24,000 bases of DNA from Albidovulum sp. (GTDB taxonomy: Bacteria; Pseudomonadota; Alphaproteobacteria; Rhodobacterales; Rhodobacteraceae), in NCBI GenBank assembly GCA_028823855.1, contig JAPPFL010000036.1:22342-46341 (forward strand). The letters run 5' to 3'. Position 1 is the stretch's first letter; the number at the start of each line of letters is the position of its first letter. Of this stretch, positions 7,783 to 16,372 are shown piece by piece. The translations under genes were made by a program, and so were the position numbers. The notes below the pieces were generated by a model. The model had not been told where the DNA came from. It worked only from the letters and a program-made list of their open reading frames with translations, and searched no databases.

Positions 7783-8991
7783 ATGTTCTTGGATCTTTTG
7801 CGTCGCCGCAATCCCAACTTCGTTTTGGCGGCGATGCGCCTCCATCAGGCCGGATGCATTCCGGCCAATTCATTTGTCTTGGATTTGGATGCCGTAGAAG
7901 AAAATGCGCGGCACTTCGCAAGCGAAGCTAAAAGACTAGGCCTGACGACATTTGCAATGACCAAGCAAGTCGGACGCAGCAGCGGCTTTTGCAAGGCCGT
8001 AATGCGCGGCGGCATTAAAAGCGCGGTCGCCGTCGACATGGCTTGCGCGCGCGCCTGCGCCAGAGCGGGAATGCGTATCGGTCATCTTGGCCATCTTGTT
8101 CAGGTTCCCCGGCATGAAGCTAGAGAGGCGGCCAATAGGTTCCAGCCCGAATATTGGACTGTATTCAGCGAGACCAAAGCGAAAGAAGCATCCGTAGCGA
8201 GCGCGGGCGCCGAAAGAATGCAGGCGATCCTAGCGCGCATTTTCGCAATCGACGATACGTTCTATCGCGGACATGAAGGCGGTTTCGAGGCCAATGGCAT
8301 ACTCAAAGTGGCCGACATGATCGACGCGCTGCCCGGAGCGAGATTTGCCGGAATTACAACCTTCCCCGCTCTTCTGTTCGACAATTCCCTAGGCGCGGTG
8401 AATCCTACTGCAAATCTATCGACTCTTGAGACGGCCGCCGAAGCATTGCGAAAATCGGGTCGCGGCGACATAGAAATAAATGCCCCGGGAACTACGTCGT
8501 CAGCAGTACTTGGCGCGCTCGCAGATGCCGGAGCTACGCAATGCGAGCCCGGGAACGGACTGCACGGCACTACGCCGCTCCACGCCGTCCGAGATCTACC
8601 CGAATTGCCGGCCGTGCTTTATTTGACCGAAATCTCCCACCATTACGGCGGTAGCGCATTCTGCTTCGGCGGCGGCCTATATATCGACCCGGTTTTTCCC
8701 GGCTATAAGCCAAAAGCGATCGTGTCGAGCGAACCTACGGTTTCCTCAAATGCGTTGGCGGACGTAGAAATACCGCCGCCCTCCGCAATCGACTACTATG
8801 GAATCGTCGAGAGTCGGAAAGTCGGCGAGCCTCGAAGCGGCGACACCGTTATATTCGGATTTCGCGGCCAAGCTTTCGTCACGCGGGCGTTTACAGTGGG
8901 CGTTGCGGGCGTTTCAAAGGGCGCTCCTGAAGTTGTCTCGATCGAGAATGCTTTTGGCGAGCCTGCAAATTGGCAAGGCGACTCGCCATGA
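7783..8991 (+). CDS. YhfX-like fold-type III PLP-dependent protein (alanine-racemase N-terminal domain family; putative amino-acid racemase/epimerase)
   Basis: 402 aa from ATG 7783 (MFLDLLRRRNPNF...). The upstream 224 codons of the 626-aa track ORF are an out-of-frame overlap with the permease gene. Blocks MTKQVGR (candidate PLP lysine), GHLGHLVQVP, CEPGNGLHGTTP and TEISHHYGG resemble E. coli YhfX as I remember it. This was not searched. Confidence 0.7.
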   Translation: MFLDLLRRRNPNFVLAAMRLHQAGCIPANSFVLDLDAVEENARHFASEAKRLGLTTFAMTKQVGRSSGFCKAVMRGGIKSAVAVDMACARACARAGMRIGHLGHLVQVPRHEAREAANRFQPEYWTVFSETKAKEASVASAGAERMQAILARIFAIDDTFYRGHEGGFEANGILKVADMIDALPGARFAGITTFPALLFDNSLGAVNPTANLSTLETAAEALRKSGRGDIEINAPGTTSSAVLGALADAGATQCEPGNGLHGTTPLHAVRDLPELPAVLYLTEISHHYGGSAFCFGGGLYIDPVFPGYKPKAIVSSEPTVSSNALADVEIPPPSAIDYYGIVESRKVGEPRSGDTVIFGFRGQAFVTRAFTVGVAGVSKGAPEVVSIENAFGEPANWQGDSP

Positions 8992-9743
8992 GAAATGAGG
9001 CGGAGAAAGCCGGGCAGCCAGTACTTTCGCTTCAACGAATACATAAGACTTTCGGCGGCCTCGTCGCGGTCGAGGATGTTGGGCTCGACTTGTACGCGGG
9101 CGAAATCGTTGCTCTAGTCGGCGACAACGGCGCCGGAAAATCAACGCTTCTGAAGATTATTTCGGGAGTTCACAAGCCGACATCCGGAAAGATATACTTG
9201 GATGGCAAGGAAATCGGCCTTCAGGATGCCGCCACGGCGAGGCTCCAGGGAATCGAGGTAGTTTACCAGGATTTGGCTCTAGCCGACCAGCAGCCCGTAT
9301 ACATGAATATGTTTCTTGGACGGGAATTGCTTCGATCGCCTCTAGGTTTGCTCGATCGAAGAAAAATGAATGAAGAAACCAGGCTTCTGGTCGAGGAACT
9401 CGATCTTCGCATCCCCTCAACCAAATCCAAAGTCCGAGACTTATCGGGAGGTCAGCGCCAGGGAATAGCCATTGCTCGAGCAACCCGATGGGCGAGGAAA
9501 CTGGTTCTGCTCGACGAGCCGACTGCGGCTCTGGGTGTCGCCGAAACCAAAAGGGTCGAATCAATTATCAAATCTCTAAAGGAACGCGCACTGGCGATCC
9601 TGCTGATCAGCCACAGCCTTGACCAGGTTTTCAGGCTTTCCGACAGGATTTGCGTCTTGAGGCGAGGCGCGCAAATCGGAATTCGCGATACGCGCGAAAC
9701 CGACAAGAACGAGATCGTTTCGATGATTACCGGCCTAGGTTGA
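8988..9743 (+). CDS. Sugar ABC transporter ATP-binding protein, single NBD (FrcA-like)
   Basis: ATG 8988 overlaps the upstream stop (ATGA 8988-8991); the track start at 8970 is a TTG. Motifs: Walker A GDNGAGKST, signature LSGGQRQG, Walker B LVLLDEPTAALG, H-loop ISHSL. At about 251 aa it carries only one NBD. Confidence 0.9.
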   Translation: MRNEAEKAGQPVLSLQRIHKTFGGLVAVEDVGLDLYAGEIVALVGDNGAGKSTLLKIISGVHKPTSGKIYLDGKEIGLQDAATARLQGIEVVYQDLALADQQPVYMNMFLGRELLRSPLGLLDRRKMNEETRLLVEELDLRIPSTKSKVRDLSGGQRQGIAIARATRWARKLVLLDEPTAALGVAETKRVESIIKSLKERALAILLISHSLDQVFRLSDRICVLRRGAQIGIRDTRETDKNEIVSMITGLG

Positions 9744-9757
9744 ACTGGTTGCCTCAA

Positions 9758-10786
9758 ATGGCTGACGCTCAAAATCATATGGCGAAGGAAATCGCCGAAA
9801 TTCCGTCTTCGGTACAATACCAGATCGATAACGGTCTCGATCTCTATGTTTCGGAAGGGAGAAGAGTTGCAGAATTGAATCCGCCGTTTCTGACGACCTG
9901 CGCGCGAGGAAGTTCCGACTATGCGGCCATGTTCCTGAAATACCTGGTGGAAATCGGCTTGGGTTTGCCGGTTGCCTCTATTGGTCCTTCGATCGCTTCA
10001 ATTTACGAATCGAATCTTAGGCTCGACCTTTCGGTATCGGTCGCGATTTCCCAGTCCGGCGCAAGCCCGGATATTGTCAAGCTGCAGGAATTCGCCGGAC
10101 AGGGAGGCGCCCGGACAATAAGCGTCCTCAATACGCCGGAGTCGCCTGTCGGGAATGCCTCAATGAGCGTATTGCCGGTATTCGCAGGTCCGGAACACGC
10201 GGTGGCGGCGACCAAATCCTTTGTCGGAAGCCTAGTCGCAGTCTGCGGACTTTTCGCGGGATTGTCGGGAGATCGGGAAATTGAAGCCGCCTTGCGCGAT
10301 CTTCCAAGCCGTCTTTCCACCGCTCTAGAATGCGACTGGTCCAGTACCGTCGATCCCGTCGCTCAGTCGCATTCCTTGTACACGATCGGACGAGGCAGTA
10401 CCTTGGCAATCGCGGGCGAGGCGGCGTTAAAATTAAAGGAAACGTGCTTGATTCACGCAGAAGCGTTCAGTGCGGCTGAAGTTCGCCACGGCCCGATCGC
10501 CCTGGCTCGGCAAGGGTTCACGTCATTGGCTTTCGTGCCTGAAGACCGGGCGAAACAATCGGTTCTTGGAATTGCGAATGAAATCGCGGCACTGGGCGCG
10601 AAAGCGATTTGCGTAGGCGGCGGCGACCTTTCCGGCGTGGGAACCTGGCGGGATCCGCCGCCGCATCCCGCTCTCGTTCCGATCTGCCAAATTACCGCGT
10701 TCTACGTTTTTGCCGAGAAACTTTCTCGTCGGCTCGAACGAGACAAGATGCCTTCCGTTCTTTCGAAAATCACCAAGACTGTTTGA
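9758..10786 (+). CDS. Double-SIS-domain sugar-phosphate amine isomerase/deaminase/deglycase (GlmS C-terminal domain, NagB-II/AgaS/FrlB-like)
   Basis: 342 aa from ATG 9758 (MADAQNHMAKEIAEIP...). The first SIS half has CARGSSDYAA and SQSGASPD. The second half has GRGSTLAIAGEAALKLKETC and AEVRHGP. The track ORF start at 9650 lies inside the ATPase gene. Confidence 0.85.
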   Translation: MADAQNHMAKEIAEIPSSVQYQIDNGLDLYVSEGRRVAELNPPFLTTCARGSSDYAAMFLKYLVEIGLGLPVASIGPSIASIYESNLRLDLSVSVAISQSGASPDIVKLQEFAGQGGARTISVLNTPESPVGNASMSVLPVFAGPEHAVAATKSFVGSLVAVCGLFAGLSGDREIEAALRDLPSRLSTALECDWSSTVDPVAQSHSLYTIGRGSTLAIAGEAALKLKETCLIHAEAFSAAEVRHGPIALARQGFTSLAFVPEDRAKQSVLGIANEIAALGAKAICVGGGDLSGVGTWRDPPPHPALVPICQITAFYVFAEKLSRRLERDKMPSVLSKITKTV

Positions 10787-11023
10787 ATTTCTCTACGAAG
10801 CGAAGTGCGAGAACCTTGGTTGCATATTGCAAGTGCATCGTTCTGATTCGAATGAGACGGCAAACGGAAATCGCAGAGTCCGATCAGTGTCCGAGTCGAG
10901 GAACCGGAACGGCGATGAATTCCTTGAGGCAAGGCTTCCGATCCAGTTCCGGGACAGTGCTAGTCGCGCCGACTCCGGCCGATTGCGCATGAGTCCAGGC
11001 CGGGCGGCTCAGGGAGAAATCTT

Positions 11024-11632
11024 TCAATCGACGACGCGCAGCGTCAGGTTGACGCGTCCTCCGTTGCGTAGCAGGCTGGAAGATCCAAATTCGATCCTGT
11101 CGACGCCGTGGTAGACAAGCCGTCCTTCGCCGCCCATCACGACGACATCCCCGGAGCGAAGCCAAAGCGATTCAGTTTTACCGCCTCTATTTAGATTGCC
11201 GATACGGAACAGCGCGGAATCTCCGAGCGAAATCGAAACGACAGGAAATTCGAAATTCGCCTCGTCGCTGTCTCTGTGCATTCCCATCTTTGACCCCTGC
11301 ATATAGTAGTTGACCAGGCAGCAGTCCGGTTGGCGCTCGCATTCAGCCACGCTGTTCCAAACCCGCATCACCGAGCGCGGAATGGGAGGCCACGCGCAGC
11401 CCGATGGGTGCTCGGCGATGTAGCGGTATCCGCTGCGGTCGGAATACCAGCCGAAGCGGCCCGCCGACGTCATCTTGACGGACATGGGCTTGCCGTACGG
11501 AGTATCCGGCGAGAACAGAGGCGCGGACGCAACAACGATTCTGAGATCGTCGACCATCCGCTTCTGCTCGTTGTCCTCGAGATATTCCGTCCAGATTTCT
11601 AATCCGCGAACAACCTTGCTCGGTAGCGACAT
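11024..11632 (-). CDS. alkB: Alpha-ketoglutarate/Fe(II)-dependent dioxygenase AlkB (oxidative DNA/RNA dealkylation repair)
   Basis: 202-aa ORF with a ggaagg SD upstream. AlkB blocks present: CLVNYYMQGSKMGMHRDSDE (HxD iron ligands), VVMGGEGRLVYHGV (distal His) and RVNLTLR. Confidence 0.9.
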   Translation of the reverse strand: MSLPSKVVRGLEIWTEYLEDNEQKRMVDDLRIVVASAPLFSPDTPYGKPMSVKMTSAGRFGWYSDRSGYRYIAEHPSGCAWPPIPRSVMRVWNSVAECERQPDCCLVNYYMQGSKMGMHRDSDEANFEFPVVSISLGDSALFRIGNLNRGGKTESLWLRSGDVVVMGGEGRLVYHGVDRIEFGSSSLLRNGGRVNLTLRVVD

Positions 11633-11670
11633 TTCTGTGCCTTCCAGTGACCTGTCGGAGCCGACGAATA

Positions 11671-11700
11671 ATTTTATGCCTGTTCTTGCAGCATTGGCAA
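11671..11700 (-). promoter_or_regulatory. Candidate sigma70-type promoter for alkB (TTGCCA-18 nt-TAAAAT on the minus strand)
   Basis: The reverse complement of 11700-11695 is TTGCCA, and that of 11676-11671 is TAAAAT, with an 18-nt spacer. It lies about 40 nt upstream of the alkB ATG. This is a motif match only. Confidence 0.3.
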
Positions 11701-11713
11701 TTCGTTCATAAAT
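11685..11713 (+). promoter_or_regulatory. Weak candidate RpoH (sigma32)-type heat-shock promoter for dnaK (CTTG-N18-CATAAAT)
   Basis: CTTG is at 11685-11688 and CATAAAT at 11707-11713. The alphaproteobacterial consensus as I recall it is CTTG-N17-CYTATNT. The spacing is off by one and 5 of 7 bases match in the -10 element. Confidence 0.2.
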
Positions 11714-11818
11714 GAATGAAGCAGCATGGCTTGGAATTTCATGCTGTCGAATGAACGCTGGCGCGGAATGCTCGGCTGGTTCCGTACCGCTTGTACCATT
11801 GAATAGGAAGGAGTAGAA

Positions 11819-13738
11819 ATGGATAAGGTCATAGGGATCGATCTTGGCACCACGAACTCGTGCGTAGCTATTATGGACGGCGCCCAGCCAAAAGTCGTTG
11901 AGAATTCGGAAGGCGCGCGAACGACGCCGTCAATCGTCGCGTTTACGGAGAGCGAAAGGTTGATCGGCCAGTCCGCCAAGCGCCAGGCCGTTACCAATCC
12001 CGAAAACACGGTATTCGCTGTAAAGCGCCTGATCGGTCGCCGGCTTGACGATAGCGATATCGCCAAGGACAAGAAAAACTTGCCGTATACGGTTGTCGAC
12101 GGCGGCAATGGCGACGCATGGGTAGAAATCAAGGGCGAGAAATATTCGCCTTCGCAGATTTCAGCCCAAATCCTCCAAAAGATGAAGGAAACGGCGGAAA
12201 GCTATCTGGGAGAATCCATTTCTCAAGCTGTAATTACCGTTCCGGCCTACTTCAACGACGCTCAGCGCCAGGCGACCAAGGACGCCGGTAAAATCGCCGG
12301 ACTCCAGGTTCTGCGCATTATCAACGAACCGACCGCCGCGGCGCTCGCCTACGGTCTTGAAAAGTCGGATACGCGCACGATCGCCGTGTACGATTTGGGC
12401 GGCGGCACCTTTGACATTACCGTGCTCGAAATCGACGACGGCCTGTTCGAAGTCAAGGCTACCAACGGCGACACGTTCCTAGGCGGCGAAGATTTCGACA
12501 TGTGCATAGTTCGGCACCTGGCGGGAGAATTCAAAAAAGAATACGGCGTCGACCTTACCAAAGACAAAATGGCTCTTCAGCGCCTTAAGGAAGCGGCTGA
12601 AAAGGCGAAAATCGAGCTATCGTCGAGCCACCAGACGGAAATCAACCAGCCCTTCATTTCAATGGACCCGAACGGCGGCCAGCCGCTGCACCTCGTCGTC
12701 AAGCTTTCACGCGCCAAATTGGAAAGCCTGGTTGGCGATTTGATCAAGAAATCGCTCAAGCCTTGCGCAGCCGCTCTCAAGGACGCTGGAATATCCAAGG
12801 GCGATATCGACGAGATCGTACTGGTCGGCGGCATGACACGCATGCCGAAGGTCGTCGAAGAAGTTACGGCGTTTTTCGGCAAGGAGCCCCACAAGGGCGT
12901 CAACCCCGACGAAGTCGTGGCGCTCGGCGCGGCTATTCAGGCGGGCGTTCTGCGCGGCGATGTCAAAGACGTTGTGCTTCTGGACGTAACGCCGCTCTCC
13001 CTCGGTATCGAGACGCTCGGCGGCGTTTTCACCAGGCTGATCGACCGCAACACGACGATCCCGACAAAAAAATCTCAGGTCTTCTCAACGGCAGACGACA
13101 ACCAAAGCGCCGTTACGATTCGCGTTTTCCAGGGCGAACGGGAAATGGCGGAGCACAACAAGCTTCTCGGACAATTCAATTTGGAGGAAATCCCGCCCGC
13201 GCCGCGCGGAATTCCGCAAATCGAGGTTACATTCGACATTGACGCCAACGGCATCGTTTCGGTTTCAGCGAAAGACAAGGGTACCGGCAAGGAGCAGAAG
13301 ATCACAATTCAGGCATCCGGCGGACTATCCGACGAGGAAATCGAGAAAATGGTCGAAGATGCCGAGGCAAACGCCGAAGCCGACAGGGTTCGCAAGGAGC
13401 TCGTCGAGACCAAAAACCAAGGCGAGGCCTTGGTCCACCAGACAAAGAAATCTTTGGAAGAGCATGGCGACAAGGTGGACCCGTCAACGGTTGAGGTCAT
13501 CGAACTTGCCACGAACGCGCTTGAAGAATCCCTGAAAGAGGACGATGTCGAAAAAATCAAATCCGCAATAAAGAATTTGACGGATGCCGCGATGAAGCTG
13601 GGCCAGGCAATATACGAGGCTCAGGCCAAGGAAGCGGCGGAGAATGCGGAGACTTCCAATAATTCCTCCGACGATTCTGCCGGAGACGAAGATATCGTTG
13701 AAGCCGAATACGAGGATATAAAGGAAGACAAGAAATAG
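11819..13738 (+). CDS. dnaK: Molecular chaperone DnaK (Hsp70)
   Basis: 639-aa ORF with an aggaaggag SD upstream. It has the canonical Hsp70 blocks [51 protein letters not shown] and an acidic C-terminal tail. Confidence 0.99.
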   Translation: MDKVIGIDLGTTNSCVAIMDGAQPKVVENSEGARTTPSIVAFTESERLIGQSAKRQAVTNPENTVFAVKRLIGRRLDDSDIAKDKKNLPYTVVDGGNGDAWVEIKGEKYSPSQISAQILQKMKETAESYLGESISQAVITVPAYFNDAQRQATKDAGKIAGLQVLRIINEPTAAALAYGLEKSDTRTIAVYDLGGGTFDITVLEIDDGLFEVKATNGDTFLGGEDFDMCIVRHLAGEFKKEYGVDLTKDKMALQRLKEAAEKAKIELSSSHQTEINQPFISMDPNGGQPLHLVVKLSRAKLESLVGDLIKKSLKPCAAALKDAGISKGDIDEIVLVGGMTRMPKVVEEVTAFFGKEPHKGVNPDEVVALGAAIQAGVLRGDVKDVVLLDVTPLSLGIETLGGVFTRLIDRNTTIPTKKSQVFSTADDNQSAVTIRVFQGEREMAEHNKLLGQFNLEEIPPAPRGIPQIEVTFDIDANGIVSVSAKDKGTGKEQKITIQASGGLSDEEIEKMVEDAEANAEADRVRKELVETKNQGEALVHQTKKSLEEHGDKVDPSTVEVIELATNALEESLKEDDVEKIKSAIKNLTDAAMKLGQAIYEAQAKEAAENAETSNNSSDDSAGDEDIVEAEYEDIKEDKK

Positions 13739-13756
13739 GCGCGCCCGAAGCCGATA

Positions 13757-13785
13757 GGCCTGCTCGCGCCTAGTTAGAGCAGGCC
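13757..13785 (+). terminator. dnaK-dnaJ intercistronic stem-loop (9-bp stem GGCCTGCTC/GAGCAGGCC, 11-nt loop)
   Basis: Exact reverse-complement arms at 13757-13765 and 13777-13785, located 19 nt after the dnaK stop. No U-tract follows. It is consistent with a partial terminator or processing hairpin that lowers dnaJ expression relative to dnaK. Confidence 0.5.
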
Positions 13786-13807
13786 GGCCATTCGGCGGAG
13801 CAATTTT

Positions 13808-14941
13808 ATGGAAAAACGCGACTATTACGATGTGCTTGGCGTTAGCCGCGGCGTGTCGGGCGACGAAATCAAAAAGGCATACCGCCGAAAGGCCAAGGCT
13901 CTTCATCCAGACCGAAACAGCGGCGATCCCGATTCCGAAGCCAAGTTCAAGGAGGTCAACGAGGCTTACGAGATTCTGAGCGATTCCGACAAAAAGGCGG
14001 CGTACGACCGTTTCGGCCACGCTGCGTTCAGCGGCGGCATCGGCGGGGGCGGGGGCGGTTTCCATGCCGGACCCGATGTCGGATCAGCGTTTTCGGAAGT
14101 CTTCGACGACCTATTCGGCGACTTTATGTCGGGAGGCCGAAGCCGACAGCGCTCGACGCGCGGGGCGGACCTCCGCTACAATTTGCAGGTCGACCTGGAA
14201 GAAGCCTATCAAGGGTCAAAAAAGAAACTGACCGTACAAGCGTCGGCGCCCTGCGACTCATGCAATGGAACCGGCGCCGAGGGTGGCGCTGAGCCCTCAA
14301 CGTGCCCGACATGCTCCGGAGCCGGAAAGGTGCGCGCACGACAAGCCTTTTTCACGATTGAGCAGACCTGCCCCACCTGCGGCGGCCAGGGAAGAATAAT
14401 CAAGCAGCCGTGCAGAAGCTGCGCAGGCGCGGGCCGCGTTCAGAAAGACCAGCTTATCGAGGTCAAAGTTCCCCCGGGCGTGGACAATGGCACGCGCATC
14501 CGGTTGGCGGGCAGAGGCGAAGCCGGGCTTCGCGGCGGAACTCCGGGCGATCTATACGTCTTCGTGCAAGTCAATCCGCATCCAATCTTCGAACGGGAAG
14601 GAAACAATCTTTTCTGCAGCCTTCCTGTTTCCTTCGCCACCGCGGCGCTCGGTGGAGAGCACGACGTGCCGACGATCGACGGAGGGAAAAGCAGGGTCAG
14701 AATCCCTGCCGGAAGCCAGACCGGTAAGCACATGCGACTTAGGGGAAAGGGCATGCCTTCGCTTCAAGGAGGCGCCCTTGGCGACATGCTTCTCGAAATC
14801 ACGGTAGAAACACCGGTAAACCTGACCAGCCGCCAAAAGGAACTACTGCGCGAATTCGAGAATCTCAGCCGCGACAACAATCCGAATTCCACTGATTTCT
14901 TCGGCAAGGTCAAGGGTTTTTGGGACGACGTGAAAGGCTGA
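13808..14941 (+). CDS. dnaJ: Co-chaperone DnaJ (Hsp40, type I)
   Basis: 377-aa ORF with a ggag SD upstream. It has a J domain with HPD ([10 protein letters not shown]), a G/F-rich linker, and four CxxCxGxG zinc-finger repeats ([32 protein letters not shown]). Confidence 0.98.
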   Translation: MEKRDYYDVLGVSRGVSGDEIKKAYRRKAKALHPDRNSGDPDSEAKFKEVNEAYEILSDSDKKAAYDRFGHAAFSGGIGGGGGGFHAGPDVGSAFSEVFDDLFGDFMSGGRSRQRSTRGADLRYNLQVDLEEAYQGSKKKLTVQASAPCDSCNGTGAEGGAEPSTCPTCSGAGKVRARQAFFTIEQTCPTCGGQGRIIKQPCRSCAGAGRVQKDQLIEVKVPPGVDNGTRIRLAGRGEAGLRGGTPGDLYVFVQVNPHPIFEREGNNLFCSLPVSFATAALGGEHDVPTIDGGKSRVRIPAGSQTGKHMRLRGKGMPSLQGGALGDMLLEITVETPVNLTSRQKELLREFENLSRDNNPNSTDFFGKVKGFWDDVKG

Positions 14942-15006
14942 ATTCTTTCGGTTTCGATTCCGAATTCGCACCTGCGCTTCAAGTCAATGAGATATAACCG
15001 AAAGGG

Positions 15007-15035
15007 TTGCGCCTGTTCGGGTTTGCCGCTATAAG
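15007..15035 (+). promoter_or_regulatory. Candidate sigma70-type promoter for the phosphoesterase/ATPase pair (TTGCGC-17 nt-TATAAG)
   Basis: TTGCGC is at 15007-15012, followed by a 17-nt spacer and TATAAG at 15030-15035. It lies about 87 nt upstream of ATG 15122. This is a motif match only. Confidence 0.3.
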
Positions 15036-15121
15036 CACAAAAGGGGAACATTTAGCGTTTAGCACGCCGTGTTTCGCCGCGGCCAAAGCATAAATTCGGC
15101 AAATTGAAGAACAGGCGCAAA

Positions 15122-16372
15122 ATGACATTTCGTTTCATTCACACCGCGGACATGCACTTGGATTCGCCGCTTCGCACGCTGGCTCTCAAAAACGAGGCAT
15201 TGGCTGATCTGGTAAGCAGCTCTTCCCGAGACGCGCTAGAAAAAATCGTGCAGACGAGCATTGAAAGAAAAGTCGACGCGGTGCTCGTCGCCGGCGATTT
15301 GTTCGACGGCGAAGTCAGGAGCATGAAAACGGCCGCATTCGTAAGCAAGCAAATGCGGAACCTGAATGCCGCGGGCATTCGGGTCTTCATGATCAAGGGA
15401 AACCACGACGCCGAATCCAAGATCGCGACGCAAATTCCGATGCCGGACAACGTACATATTTTTTCCGGCCGTTCGGCAACGCGCCGGATTGAATATGCCG
15501 ACGTCGCCGTTCACGGAGTTAGCTTCCCGGGAAAACTCGTTTCCGAATCCCTTCTTCCCAGGTTTCCCCAGCCTGTCGAAGGCTGTTTCAATATCGGAAT
15601 TTTGCATACAAGCATTGGCGGCTCCGCCGGACACGATACATACGCGCCTTGCTCGGAACACGAACTGATCGCCTTCGAATACGATTACTGGGCGCTCGGC
15701 CACATCCACAAACGCAGCGTTATTAACGAGAATCCTCACATCGTCATGCCTGGAATACCGCAGGGAAGAGATATCGGAGAATCCGGGCCCAAATCGGCTA
15801 CGCTTGTGGAGGTATCGAACGGAAAGGTGAACCTGGAGGAAATCGCGACGGCGAAGGCCGAATTCGCAAGCGTCCGCGTCAATGCTACGGGGATAGATAG
15901 CTGGGACAATCTGCTGGAGGCGCTTTCCGAAGCTCTCGCCGCGGCGAATGGAAATTCAAAGGCACCGAATCTCGTCGCGCGCATCGCAGTCGTAGGTCGG
16001 TGTCCGATCCACTGGCGAATTCGCCACAGCAAGGAAATTCTCAAGGAACACCTGGAAGGCAAAGTTGCATCGATCGGCGGAGTTTGGATCGAGCAAATCG
16101 ACATCGAAACAACCCCCGATACACCGGGCCAAGCCGGCGCGGACCCGATCGACGAATTGCTAGGTCATATGCGCGAATTGTCGTCGGACGCGTCTTTGCG
16201 AAAGAGGGCTCGAGAGGAATGGGAGTCGCTCCTGAAGCAGCTACCGCGAGAAACTCGCGCGGATTGGGGCGGAATGCCGCCGGGAGATGTGGATGATCTG
16301 CTGGAGCGTCTCATAGTTGAAGGAGGCGAGGACATTGCCGCGTCTCTAAGGCCGGAACGGATCGAGCAATGA
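15122..16372 (+). CDS. Calcineurin-like metallophosphoesterase, SbcD/Mre11-type DNA repair exonuclease (YhaO/SbcF-like)
   Basis: 416 aa from ATG 15122 (MTFRFIHTADMHLD); the track start at 15104 is a TTG. All phosphoesterase motifs are intact: DMH, GDLFDG, GNHDA, HGVSF, ILHTS, GHIHK. The stop overlaps the next start (ATGA 16369-16372). Confidence 0.85.
   Translation: MTFRFIHTADMHLDSPLRTLALKNEALADLVSSSSRDALEKIVQTSIERKVDAVLVAGDLFDGEVRSMKTAAFVSKQMRNLNAAGIRVFMIKGNHDAESKIATQIPMPDNVHIFSGRSATRRIEYADVAVHGVSFPGKLVSESLLPRFPQPVEGCFNIGILHTSIGGSAGHDTYAPCSEHELIAFEYDYWALGHIHKRSVINENPHIVMPGIPQGRDIGESGPKSATLVEVSNGKVNLEEIATAKAEFASVRVNATGIDSWDNLLEALSEALAAANGNSKAPNLVARIAVVGRCPIHWRIRHSKEILKEHLEGKVASIGGVWIEQIDIETTPDTPGQAGADPIDELLGHMRELSSDASLRKRAREEWESLLKQLPRETRADWGGMPPGDVDDLLERLIVEGGEDIAASLRPERIEQ

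Noticed and set aside
11633-11818. CIRCE/HrcA operator or ROSE element upstream of dnaK
   Set aside because: There is no match to TTAGCACTC-N9-GAGTGCTAA. ROSE elements are associated with small-Hsp genes, and I could not recognise their conserved hairpin containing the SD.
13484-14065. 193-aa minus-strand ORF spanning the dnaK 3' end, the intergenic hairpin and the dnaJ 5' end
   Set aside because: It is a shadow ORF opposite two certain genes. A real gene would not run through their intercistronic hairpin.
14940-14970. tRNA T-arm-like sequence (ttcgg-tttcgatt-ccgaa) just after dnaJ
   Set aside because: The loop is 8 nt rather than 7. No acceptor, D or anticodon arms can be built around it. 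It is probably just an imperfect hairpin between two GAATTC sites.
14942-15121. Alphaproteobacterial SOS box (GTTC-N7-GTTC / GAAC-N7-GAAC) upstream of the nuclease/ATPase pair
   Set aside because: There are only half-site-like fragments (GAACatttagcGTTT). No direct-repeat box with correct spacing was found here or upstream of alkB.
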